From contig NW_003314303.1 in the NCBI RefSeq assembly GCF_000143415.4, positions 1,394,676 through 1,458,675 of the forward strand: DNA of 64,000 bases. Reading direction: 5' to 3'. The first letter of the stretch is position 1; every line of letters begins with the position of its first letter. Below the pieces are notes generated by a model. The model ran no database searches. It had not been told where the DNA came from and was given only the letters and a program-made list of their open reading frames with translations. This stretch comes from Selaginella moellendorffii. Lineage: Eukaryota; Plantae; Lycopodiophyta. Below, piece after piece: positions 12,101-24,239 of the stretch. The translations under genes were made by a program, and so were the position numbers.

Positions 12101-14589
12101 TCTCGCGTCCATCTCAGACTCCATCTCAAACTCCATTTTGGGTCCTCTACGTGTTATGTGTTGGACCTCTTGTATCCTTTTTCTAGAGACTTAATTACTG
12201 CTAGCTTTGTGCTTGTTCCTCGAGCCCTTCATTGGGAGTTCCACTCCCGCTCTCGACATTTCAAGTCGGAGCTTTTAGTCTAAACATGTTATGGTTGTTT
12301 GGCTTTTGCTTTAGCCACTATCACGTGGCACCCTTTCAGCTCTACTTTGGGGCTTTAGGATTTGTGTCTCACATGTTGTTCATCACAGGTAGATTGGCCA
12401 AGAATACAATGTGAGAAGGATCCATTTTTGTGAATGGGAATCTCCAGACGAACATAAGGCATAGGACTATGGTGTGTATATAAACATTTGATTCTATGAT
12501 TCTCAAACTTTCTATCATAGGCCTATGTGAAACAAGAAGATGTTTTGCTAGGAACACTCACTGTCTTGGAGACAATCACTTACTTTGCTCAATTGAGGCT
12601 GCCTCACTCACTACCGCGAAGCCAAAAGATGGAGATGGTTGAGAATGTGATCACTGAGATGGGGCTTGGAGATTCCAAGCATACAGTGGTGGGAGATTGG
12701 TTCTCGTGTGGATTGAGCGGAGGGGAGAAACAAAGAGTGAGGATTGCTTTGGAGATTCTAACTCAGCCATCTCTTTTGTTCATAGACGAACCAACCAGTG
12801 GTTTAGATAGGTGAATATTTATGTGATTTTTAAGTCCAGTATATTGTAATTTTATTTGATGTTTTTCTTTGCAGTGCATCTGCGTTTTATGTGATTAAAA
12901 CAATTAAGAACCTAGCTACTTCAAAATGCACTGTTATTATGTCAATTCACCAGCCAAGTAGCGAACTGTTTGAGCAGTTTGATAATCTTTGCCTACTATC
13001 TCAGGGAGCACTTGTATATTTTGGAGATGCCATGGAACCTAGCATGATACTTTTCTCAAATTTGATATTATTTATGTTTTATATTTTATTTTAGTTCTTT
13101 GAGTGTGCTGGATTTCCTTGTCCTCTCCGAAGAAATCCATCAGACCACTATCTTAGAGTTATTATTTCTGATTTTGACAATGTTCAAAACAAATTTAAGG
13201 TATTCATTTGTAATTTTTTTTCTTAATAGTCATCTTAATTTGAACAGGAAGATATTGAAACTGAGGAAATAATTCCATCTTCTGAAGCAATCAAAGCACT
13301 TACAAATGCATTTCAAAATTTGCATTTAAGCTCCCTCCACACAAAAGTTGACATTCTTTGTGTGACTAAGGTGAACCTTCTAAACAGTTTGTGTGACACA
13401 CCTGGTGCAAAGGTAAATGACTAGATTTTTAAAAATATTATGATTACTAATGGATTATTATTTATAGAATGAATGCATCCAGATGCCTCAAGCAGGAGTT
13501 CTCCATCAGCTTTCCACGTTAACTAGAAGATCATTTATAAATATGACAAGAGATATTGGATACTATTGGCTGAGAATCTTTGTGTACTTTATGCTTAGCA
13601 TCATTATTGGCAGTATATATTTTAATGTCGGCACTAAATACAACTCCATTGCAGTAAGAGAATACCAAAAAAAATTCCTAACCATGGTTAAGCTCGTTTG
13701 GTTTTCTTAAGGATTGGTTGTATGGCTTTTATTGGTAAATTTCTTACATTTATGTCAATTGGAGGTTTTCCATCTTTCATTGAAGAGATTAAGGTATGGG
13801 ATAGTTCTAGAATTGTCTTGTTTTCATATTCAATGCTATTTTCTTCAGGTTTTTAATCATGAGAAACAAAATGGTTACTATGGTCCCATTATGTTTACTC
13901 TTGCAAACACACTCTCTTCCATTCCTTATCTCCTTCTTATTTCGTTGATATCAACAAGCGTGTTTTATAATATGGTTAAACTTCACCCACGCTTTAATCA
14001 CTTCATATTTTTTGTGTTGAACTTATTTGCATCTGTGACTGTGGTGGAGAGTTTGATGATGTGTGTAGCCTCAATTGTTCCCAATTTTCTCATGGGAATA
14101 ATTACAAGATCTGAAATCTTAGTAAAATCTCTTTATATTTCTTAAACCGCTTCTAATATGATTTTGTAGGGGTTATTCATGCTTGTTGGGATTTTTTAAA
14201 CTTGCTAATGAACTTCCAAAAGGCTTTTGGAAATATCCAATGCATTATATAGCATTTCAAACATATTTACTTCAGGTAAAAAAATATTATTTATTTTCTT
14301 GAAACTAAAAAAATTGATAACAAGGTCTTTATGAAAATGATTTTCAAGGGCTTGAGTTTGATAATAATGATATTTCTGAAGGAAAGCTATCAGGAACAAC
14401 AATTCTTAAACAATATCAAGTAGATCTCTCAAGATCTAAATGGTTGAACTTTATAATCCTGTTAAGCATGATTTTTGTTTATCGAGCAATTTTTATTACT
14501 ATCATCAAACTCACTCAGCTCATAGATGGGAAAACTCTGATGTTTAGGACCTCTAAAAAAATAAATTCTTAGAATTAAAAGAATGGCTT

Positions 14590-15010
14590 TGTGAGCTTGT
14601 CATTCACGTTTCACTTGTCATATTTATAAATGATCTTCTGGCATTTGGAGCTGCATTAGAATCATAATCTTATAAAAAATTTATGTGTCACCCAAATTGT
14701 CTTCAACCTTCACCTAACTTTTGGGTGGGGCGAGTTCAAATGCAAAATGGGAACTGGAACACAATATGCTTTTGTAAGAAATGCATTTGTAAGCAATTTG
14801 ATTGCTTCGTAATTATCTTTTGAGTCAGCCAAATGCCTTAGTCATGTAATTAGTGACACCCATGACTGCCCCTATCAATATCTTCATGTTCAGATCATTA
14901 AGAAAATTTACCTTGTATTTGTCTGGAGATTCCCATTGGATCCTTCTCACCTCACAATCTACCTGTGATGAACGACAATGCAAGAATCTTGGTCTCAAAC
15001 ACGTGATCAA
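14590..15010 (-). pseudogene. Inverted ABCG remnant downstream of ABCG copy 1
   Basis: Reverse complement matches ABCG exons (agaagatcatttataaatatgacaag; gaagcaatcaaa..cttacaaatgcatt). Paralogous to 21545-22240. Confidence 0.75.
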
Positions 15011-15148
15011 TCTTTAGAGAGTCTTGCGAAGTCACTGAAAGACTCGTTGACTTTAGAGATGGGTTGCGTAAAGTATATATATCCCACCACACAAACTTTT
15101 GTTTGAATTGATGCAAAACGAATATACTAGTACATAGCGCCAAGAACC

Positions 15149-17215
15149 CTAGAATCGGAAGGTAACGAGCTCGGGATCAATGCCGGCGGGCGCCGTGCTG
15201 CCCTGGCCTGGATCGTGAGCCAGTTGCTTGGCAATCGCCATAGCGGTACCCAGGTAATCTTTGTGCTGCTGGAGCAGCGGGAGTTTGGTCCATTCCTTGT
15301 GTAATGTTGCCTTGACGGTGGTGCTGATGCTGTTCTTCTCCTCGTATTTCCAGTTCCCAGTCTGCCACTCGAATTCGTAGAGGGGGAGAAAGCGCTGGCC
15401 ATAGTCCGCCACGAACTCTATGGCGCACAGCAAGAAATGGAACTCTTCCTTGGAGAGGAAGTATGCGAAGTTCAAGCGCGTCCATCCAGGTTTGACACCG
15501 CTATATCCCTGTGAGAAAAAAAAAAGGTTCTTTCCTCGTTAGAAAAAGGTCCTTGGCGAAAACTTCTATTGTTTTGCTTCTCAACCTCTTGAATTGCTGC
15601 TCGAAATTTCAGGGAGAGCTCATCACTGACTTTGAGAAGCGAGTGGCCGTAAGGACCGGCACACGAGCACCCTCCTCTCGACTGGATCCCAAACAAATCG
15701 TTGAGGAGCTTGGCTACAAACCGGCCTTGCAGCACGGTTTGCTGGATTTCACCGTTGGAATCAGTGGTCCGGACGAGGAACGAGACGATTGCTGCTCGCT
15801 TCACTTGCGTGTTCCCGAGCACCACTATCTTTCGGTTCTTGGACAACCTTTTCAACGCGGTGGTGATGAAGTTGTGCTCTCTCGACTCGATGAGACGGTA
15901 TCCCATTTCTTCTTGGACAGTGAAGACAATCCCGGCTTTTATCCGCTGGAGTATGGAAGGTGTTCCAGCGTCTTCTCGGCTTTCAATGTCCTCCAGGTAG
16001 AGTGTGTCCTGGTATGAGTTTGTTTAGTGTTGGTTTTCTTTGTTCTTTCGCTGGAAAGGGAACTGACCTCTTTGTTGTAGTTGACGAAGTCTACCACTCC
16101 TCCGCCTGTTGTCGACGGTGCGTGATCCTTGAGCTTGTAGAGCTTTTTGTTCATGCAAAGCAGGCCCGGCGTTCCTGGCCCTCCGACATACTTGTGTGGA
16201 CTCAGCATCACAGCATCGTATCCATCAGCTTTTCGTGATCGCATGTTGATCTTCACGTATGGACCGCTGTTGATCAGATTCGGCAAGTAAGCTTCTTTTC
16301 GTCCTTGGTAAAAGATCTCGTCTTACCAGCTTGCGAAATCAAAACATGCTAATGCTCCATGTTTGTGTAGAAGGCGAGCAATGGCTCTAGTGTCCGCGAA
16401 AACTCCCGTGACATTACTGCAAGCGGAGAAGGAGCCAAGCATTGGACGATCTGCGTGCTTGGGATTTTGCAGCTCCTCTTCGAGGTACTTCATGTCAATC
16501 AATCCATCCTCAGTCATTGGAACTTGAATGACCTGTGGTTTAAACAGTTGACAGATTGAAAGAAACGAAAAAGCCCAACCTCGGCAAGACTTTGCCTCCA
16601 GGGAAGAATGTTGGAATGATGCTCGTATGGGCCTATGAACACCAGCCATCTCTTCCTGTCATCGATCGCTGCCACGGCTGACTCTTTCATTTGGGGCGGT
16701 ACAGACAAGCCCAAAAGTTCGTGGAGCTTTTTCACAGCTGCAGTGGTTCCAGAGCCGCAGAAAAAGAGAGCATCATCCTCGGTTCCTCCCAGGGACTCCT
16801 TGACATAACTCGTGGCCAGTTTCACCATCCGGGTGGTCTTCTCTCCAATGTGGCTGTCCTCGGCATGCATGTTCCCTGAAACAGAATGCAGCGGGTCCAG
16901 ATATGCAGAAGAGAATTCACGGCTTCACGCACCGTAGGACGGCATGACGTGCTTGATGAGGAAGTTTTCTATATAGAACAAGCAGCGGCCAGAGGCAGTG
17001 TAATCGGCATAAGTGAGAAGCCTGCTGCCGAATGGTGTGGAGATTTGCAGCTGGGAGCCGATGATCTGGGATCTGAGCCAGACACACTTTTGCTCATCGT
17101 CAAAGGGCCTGAAAAACTTGAAAGGATTGGGCTTGAAGTCTGGCTGCCAATCCTCCTCAATGCTGGGAGTTACATTGCTGACCTTGGAAGCCGACTTTGA
17201 AGCAAAGCACTTCAT
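15149..17215 (-). CDS. Class-V (fold I) PLP-dependent enzyme, cysteine desulfurase/C-S lyase-like; intact multi-exon copy
   Basis: Motifs LTYADYTASGR, FCGSGTT, PYEHHSN, FSACSNVTG, CFDFA, SPHK (PLP Lys), GIQSRGGCSCAGPYG (SufS-like Cys region) and KPGWTR. Short GT-AG introns, e.g. 16876-16932. Start ATG assumed at 17215. Confidence 0.85.
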
Positions 17216-17487
17216 TGTATTATTGGTGAGCACTCTTCTGATATGTTCACTATTTATAATTTGTAGTGAATTTTGTGGTAGCAGGATTTTACTACCTGTA
17301 GTATTTGTATTTCATTTTTACTATTAATTACTATAAGTTAATATATTTATATGCTTCAATTAGTTTCATTGTCTACAAATATGGTAAAGATGGTTTGATT
17401 AGTCAAGCTTGATAAATTTTAAGGGACTTGTCACCTAAGTGGGCTTGATTATGAAGTCTTAGTCTTTTGTTGACCGTATAGATATTT

Positions 17488-18283
17488 GAAGGTACTATTC
17501 AAATTTAAAGATGTTATATCCCAAGATTTTTAACCAATTGGAAAAGGGTATTCATAAGCTTTTTCTTTTTATATTTGAACATTTAGGGATTGTCTCTCAA
17601 GTCGTTTTCTTTAGTTGTTTACAACCATCATACTTCTTTATGAATTTCTTTATGAACAAAAGTAGAGAGTTATAGCTCTTTCGAGAGCCCCACTCTCTTG
17701 ACACCTTAACCCTCAGGTTGAATTCATAATATGACAAGTCCAAATATCAATCTCAACATCAATTGAAAAAAAAAGGTGCACTCTTATTCATGGGCCCTTT
17801 CTTTTTATATTTGAACTCTTATGGATTATCTTTTATGTCGTTCTTTTTGGTTATTTATAATCCACCATACTTCCTTGTAAGTTTCTTCATGACTGGAAGT
17901 CAAGAGCTGTAACTCTCTTGAAAGGTTTGCTCTCTTGACACCTTACTCCTCAAGTCAAGTCCATCCAGGTAAATTGGACTAGACTTCCTTGTAAACTTCC
18001 TCATGAATGGAAATCAAAAGCTGTAACTTTCTTAAAAGGTTTGTTCTCTTGACACCTTATCTCTCAGGTTGAGGCCATTTAGAGGTAAACTAGACTTACT
18101 AAATGTCAATTTTAACATGTGGTATGATTCTCTTAGTTTCCCGAAAAATCACCTAACCTAACACTAAAATGTCTAATACCAAATATTTTAAAACCCTTAA
18201 TTAATTAAAAAACAAAATGCAATAAACTCTATATTTAAACCCTTATGGATCATCTCTAAAGTTATTCTTTTTGGTTACTTACA
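17488..18283 (-). mobile_element. Degenerate Cassandra-like TRIM (paralogue of 2422-3452)
   Basis: Same position and sequence family as the element in module copy 1; ends ...ggttacttaca. Confidence 0.65.
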
Positions 18284-18979
18284 AAGACAAGATGTTATAA
18301 AACATCTTTTGCAAACTTACTTTGTTTTTAACAAAATGGTTACCTAGAATGTACTTTAGGTCCTCTTTAACCATCACAAATATCCTACTTTAATGCACCA
18401 TATGAGGAAAATGTCTTCACAAGTGCCTAGTGGATTATGTCTTATTTTTCCAGTTCACTTTAGGAGAAATATACTCAAGGAAATAACATGCTTGACAAAT
18501 TCGAAGGGACCCACCACCTACACATCCAGTGCGTTCGTAAACACCAATCGACATCCACATCAAGATCGGTGGGATCAAAAACATGGTTGTCCATTGAGTA
18601 GGCTTTCCACTGCTGCCAGTTGGAGATATCCTGATGCACTTGGTGCATATAATTGGCCTTGTAGTGTTGTGCCTCTAACTTGATCATTGACACCAGCCTG
18701 TTATAATTATCAATCAGAACTATAGGACTTGCTGGAGTCATTCTTGATTATGAAGCCCTTGTCTTTTGTTGACCCTTAGAGATATTTGAGGCGGGAAGAA
18801 CTTAATGGGGAGTTACCTTTGGGAAAGACAAGATATGTCTAGGGAGTGGTCCTTGGAATGCCAAATTTCCTGAGAAGATGACACTTGAGAGTTTCAATAA
18901 TTTCGAGACTTCTGGACAGACTTTGAATGGGAACAACACAAGAAAGAAATTAAACAATATTTTACACTATTAATCTCCT

Positions 18980-21529
18980 ATGAATCTAAGATCTTACCGT
19001 GTTACAGTAGCTGAAAGTCCAAGTCCAACTTGGAGAGCTATAAATCTTACCCAAGTTTTCATGAGAAAGGAGAACAGATATATTATTATGGATGTCGCAT
19101 GGAAGGATTTGAGTGTGAGCGTGAGCAATGGACGAGTGTTGCTGGAGAGTATGTGTGGCTATGCCCAGAGTGGCCAAGTCACGGCGATCATGGGTCCTTC
19201 GGGATCCGGAAAGTCCACCTTGCTTGATGCGGTTGCTGGTATAGTTTTCCAAGATTGATTTGGGTTTGGGCAATAGATTAAAGCTTGAGATTCTTGCATT
19301 GTCGTTCATCACAGGTAGATTGGCCAAGAACGCGAGGCGAGAAGGATCCATTTTTGTGAATGGGAATCTCCAGACGAACATGAGGCATGGGACTGCGGTG
19401 TGTATATAAACATTTGATTCTGTGATTCTCAAACTTTCTGTCATAGGCCTATGTGAAACAAGAAGATGTTTTGCTAGGAACACTCACTGTCTTAGAGACA
19501 ATCACTTACTCTGCTCAATTGAGGCTGCCTCACTCACTGCCCCAAAGCCAAAAGATGGAGATGGTTGAGAGTGTGATCACTGAGATGGGGCTTGGAGATT
19601 GCAAGCATACAGTGGTGGGAGGTTGGTTCTCACCTGGATTGAGTGGAGGGGAGAAACGAAGAGTGAGCATTGCTTTGGAGATTCTAACTCAGCCATCTCT
19701 TTTGTTCATGGACGAACCAACCAGTGGTTTAGACAGGTGAATATTTATATGATTTTTAAGTCCGGTTTATTGTAATTTTTATTTGATGTTTTTCTTTGCA
19801 GTGCATCTGCGTTTTATGTGATTAAAACAATTAAGAACCTAGCTACTTCAAAACGCACTGTTATTATGTCAATTCACCAGCCAAGTAGCGAAGTGTTTGA
19901 GCAGTTTGATAATCTTTGCCTACTATCTCAGGGAGCACTTGTATATTTTGGAGATGCCATGGAAGCTAGCACGGTACTTTTCTCAAATTTGATATTCTTT
20001 ATGTTTTATATTTTATTTTAGTTCTTTGAGAGTGCTGGATTTCCTTGTCCTCTCCGAAGAAATCCATCAGACCACTATCTTAGAGTTATTAATTCTGATT
20101 TTGACAATGTTCAAAACAAATTTAAGGTATTAATTTGTACTATTTTCCAGAGATTTTTTTCTTAATATTCATCTCAATTTGAACAGGAAGATATTGAAAC
20201 TCAAGAAATAGTTCCAGCTTCTGAAGCAATCAAAGTGCTTACAAATGCATTTCAAAATTTGCATTTGAGATCCCTCCACACAAAAGTTGACATTCTTTGT
20301 GTGACTAAGGTGAACCTTCTAGACAGTTTGTGTGACACACCTAGTGCAAAGGTAAATGACTTGATTTTTTAGAATATTATGATTATTAATGGATTACTAT
20401 TTATAGAATGAATGCATCCACATGCCTCAAGCAGGAGTTCTCCATCAGCTTTCCACGTTAACTAGAAGATCATTTATAAATATGACAAGAGATATTGGAT
20501 ACTATTGGTTGAGAATCTTTGTATACTTTATGCTTAGCATCGTTATTGGCAGTATATATTTTAATGTTGGCACTAAATACAACTCCATTGCAGTAAGAGA
20601 ATACCAAAAAATATTCCTAACCATGGTTAAGCTCGTTTGTTTTCTTTTTAGGCAAGGATTGGCTGTATGGCTTTTATTGGTAAATTTCTTACATTTATGT
20701 CAATTGGAGGTTTTCCATCTTTCATTGAAGAGATTAAGGTATGGGATAGTTCTGAATTGTCTTGTTTTCATATCCAGTGATATTTTCTTCAGGTTTTTAA
20801 TCATGAGAAACAAAATGGTTACTATGGTCCCATTGTATTTACTCTCGCAAACACACTCTCTTCCATTCCTTATCTCCTTCTTATTTCATTGATATCAACA
20901 AGTGTATTTTATAATATGGTTAAACTCCACCCAGGCTTTGATCACTTCATATTTTTTGTGTTGAACTTATTTGCATCTGTGACCGTGGTGGAGAGCTTGA
21001 TGATGTGTGTAGCATCAATTGTTCCCAATTTTCTCATGGGAATAATTACAGGATCTGGAATCTTGGTAAATCTCTTTATATTTCTTAAACCGTTTCTAAT
21101 GCGATTTTTCAGGGGTTATTCATGCTTGTTGATGGATTTTTTAAACTTGCTAATGAACTGCCAAAAGGCTTTTGGAAATATCCAATGCATTATATAGCAT
21201 TTCAAACATATTTACTTCAGGTAAAACAAATATTATTTATTTTCTTGAAACTAAAAAAATTATAACAGGGTCTTTATGAAAATGATTTTCAAGGGCTTGA
21301 GTTTGATAACAATGATATTTTTGGAGGAAAGCTATCAGGAACAACAATTCTTAAACAATATCAAGTAGATCTCTCAAGATCTAAATGGTTGAACTTTATA
21401 ATCCTGTTAAGCATGATTTTGGTTTATCGAGGAATTTTTATTACTATCATCAAACTCACTCAGCTCATAGATGGGAAACCTCTGATGTTTAAAATTAATA
21501 GTAGGACCTTTAAGAAAATAAATGCTTAA
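18980..21529 (+). CDS. ABCG (WBC) half-size ABC transporter, ABCG11-like; intact multi-exon copy
   Basis: Walker [10 protein letters not shown], signature [12 protein letters not shown], Walker [14 protein letters not shown]-loop SIHQPS, NPSDH motif and the TMD region [17 protein letters not shown]. Stop TAA at 21527-21529. The start may instead be the ATG at ~19088. Confidence 0.9.
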
Positions 21530-21544
21530 AATTAAAAGTATGGC

Positions 21545-22240
21545 TTCGTGAGCATGTCATTCACGTTTCACTTGTCATATTTATAAATGATCTTCTGGCA
21601 TCTAGTAAGTGTCACCCAAATTGTTTTCAACCTTCACCTAACTTTTGTGTGGAGTGGAGTTCAAATGCAAACTGAGAACTGGAGCACAATATGCTTTTGT
21701 AAGAAATGCATTTGTAAGTGCTTTGAATGCTTCGTAATTATCTTTGGAGTTAGCCAAATGCCTTAGTCATGTAATTAGTGACACCCATGAATGGGATTCC
21801 CATTGATGCTCTGCACAGAAAATCATCAAATAAATCAGACATAATAATTACTTCTCTAAACCACTAAGAGATAACTGCGTTTGGGTGTCCAAAGCAATGC
21901 TCACTCTTCATTTCTTCCCTCCACTCAATCCATGCGAGAACCACTGTCTCCAAGCCCCATCATACTGTCAACCATCTCCTCTTTTGGCTGTGTGGTAGGC
22001 TGCCTCAAATAAGCAGAGTAAGTGATTGTCTCCAGAACAGTGAGCTTTCCCAGCAAAACATGCCCTTGATTTACATAAGCATCTGATAGAAAGCTTGGGA
22101 ATCACTAAATCAAATGTTTATACACACCGCAGTTCCATGCCTCATGTTTGTCTGGAAATTCGCATTGGATCCTTCTCGCCTACCTGTGATGAACGACAAT
22201 ACAAGAATCTTAGTCTCAAACACATGATCAATCTTTAGAA
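21545..22240 (-). pseudogene. Inverted, internally deleted ABCG remnant between ABCG and UGT
   Basis: The minus strand reads GLSGGKK*RVSIAL and matches 19290-19740 and 20220-20490 with many short deletions. Confidence 0.8.
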
Positions 22241-22389
22241 AACTCTATCAGAATGCACGTCGAGCAAGGTTTGACTTTCCCGATCCTGGCTGGACCCCTG
22301 ATCTCAAGATTTAAAAGTCGACAAAACTAGCAAGAGGCCAATTCTTTTCAAACTTTCTAAAGGTTTGTCCCATCCAGTCTTGCCGTGCT

Positions 22390-23898
22390 ATGGCTTCTCA
22401 AGGTACGTCGTCTCCAAAGATCCATGTCCTCGCATTTCCCGTCCCAGGCCAAGGACACATCACTCCGATAATGCATCTCTGTAAAAAGATCGCCGCTCGA
22501 GATGGATTCACCGTCTCGTTCGTCAATGTCGACAGCCTCCACGACGAGATGATCAAGCACTGGAGAGCTCCACCCAATACGGACCTCCGCCTCGTCTCAA
22601 TCCCACTCTCCTGGAAGATCCCACACGGCCTGGATGCTCACACTCTCACTCACTTGGGTGAGTTCTTCAAGACCACCACCGAGATGATCCCAGCTCTCGA
22701 GTATCTCGTCTCCAAACTCTCTCTCGAGATCTCGCCGGTCCGCTGCATAATCTCGGACTACTTCTTCTTCTGGACCCAGGACGTTGCTGATAAGTTCGGG
22801 ATTCCAAGGATTGTTCTGTGGCCTGGATCCACTGCCTGGACCACGATTGAGTATCACATACCCGAGCTCATCGCCGGAGGCCATGTCTTTCCCAGCTTGA
22901 CCGAAGGTAACTCCAATTTAAGTTTAAGTTCTGCCAATGGCAGTCACGTACGCCTCGAAACTTTGCAGCGAAGAAGCTTGTCGCGGATGAATCTATAGTG
23001 GGCATTATCAAGGGACTGGGACCTCTTCATCAAGCCGACGTTCCTCTCTACTTGCAAGCTGACGATCATCTCTGGGCGGAGTACTCCGTGCAGCGAGTCC
23101 CCTACATCCGCAAGGCCTCCTGCGTGCTCGTCAACTCCTTTTACGATCTGGAGCCGGAAGCTTCCGACTTCATGGCCGCCGAGCTCCGGAAAGGTGGCAC
23201 GGAGTTTCTCTCTGTCGGTCCCATGTTTCTCCTGGACGAGCAGACCTCCGAGATCGGACCAACCAACGTGGTGCTCAGGAACGAGGACGACGAGTGCCTT
23301 GCGGTGGCTCGACAAGCAGGAAAAGGCTTCCGTTCTCTACATATCTTTCGGCAGCATCGCGGTCGTGACTGTCGAACAGTTTGAGGAGCTTGCGGTGGGA
23401 CTGGAAGCAATCGGAAAGCCTTTCTTGTGGGTGTTACGGCCAGAACTTCTCATTGGAAATCCGGTAGAGAAGTATAAGGAATTCTGCGAACGTACCTCCA
23501 AGCAGGGATTTACTGTGTCCTGGGCACCGCAGCTACGAGTACTGAAACACCCCTCCATCGCTGCGCACCTCAGTCACTGCGGCTGGAACTCGGTGCTGGA
23601 AAGTATCAGCAATGGAGTGCCTCTCATGTGTTGGCCTTGGGGAGCTGAGCAAAACACCAACGCAAAGCTGGTTATACACGACTGGAAGATTGGAGCTGGA
23701 TTTGCAAGAGGGGCGAATGGACTGATCGGCAGAGGCGACATCGAAAAGACGCTGCGGGAGGTGATGGATGGGGAAAGAGGGAAGCAGATGAAAGACACTG
23801 TTGAGGTGCTGAAGTGCAAGGCAAGGAAAGCTGTGGAGAGTGGTGGTCGATCCGCTGCGAGCTTGGATGATTTTCTTAAAGGCCTCAGCAGTCAGTGA
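22390..23898 (+). CDS. Family-1 UDP-glycosyltransferase, one intron (22907-22968), apparent +1 frameshift at ~23297
   Basis: N-terminal GQGHITP, CIISD, VLVNSF, LYISFGS and a complete PSPG box WAPQ...HCGWNSVLES...WPWGAEQ. The sequence gagtgccttgcggtgg has one extra C relative to E-C-L-R-W. Confidence 0.85.
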
Positions 23899-24239
23899 TG
23901 CAATGATAAGTTATCACTGCAAGTGCTAGCGTGAGATGGCAAACATGTGAAAAACTTACATGCCGCGAATTTGTCAAGCTTGACAAAACATGAAGCGAAT
24001 AAAATATTCGTCTACCTTGCAACCCTTTTGTTGACTGGAAAAACAGGACCGAAATCCACCGTTGAATAGCACTGATCTCTTTCTCATCACATGTAAATGC
24101 CGTGATCGATCGCGCCGTGTTTGATCAGCCACGACAGAGCAGGATTCTTAGTGAAGGCTGAAAAGGAGCAGCAGGAATAGTGCCACAGCGTTAAGGATAG
24201 GCTCCCAGCGTAGCAGGCTTCTCATTGCTTCTCATTACA

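Larger units (their letters stand above)
4241..12373 (-). mobile_element. LTR retrotransposon (degenerate or non-autonomous, LARD-like) with 5-bp TSD
   Basis: TG...CA termini and TSD TGTTG at 4236-4240 and 12374-12378; the empty site is visible at ~19295. LTRs at 4241-5825 and 10236-12373, a Met-type PBS (gcttcgatacca) at ~10221-10232 and a PPT-like tract at ~5826-5838. No long internal ORF. Confidence 0.9.
3936..14572 (+). pseudogene. ABCG half-transporter, copy 1, disrupted by an LTR retroelement
   Basis: Homologous to 18980-21529. Walker A (GPSGSGKS) is deleted at ~4150, an 8.1-kb insertion sits in intron 1, and there is a TGA at ~12410, a damaged acceptor at ~13710 and a frameshift at ~14190. 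Confidence 0.88.

Noticed and set aside
11951-12194. ESEM-repeat and SISD-repeat ORFs (also 5137-5639)
   Set aside because: Translations of 6/12-bp tandem repeats in LTRs; no evidence of coding.
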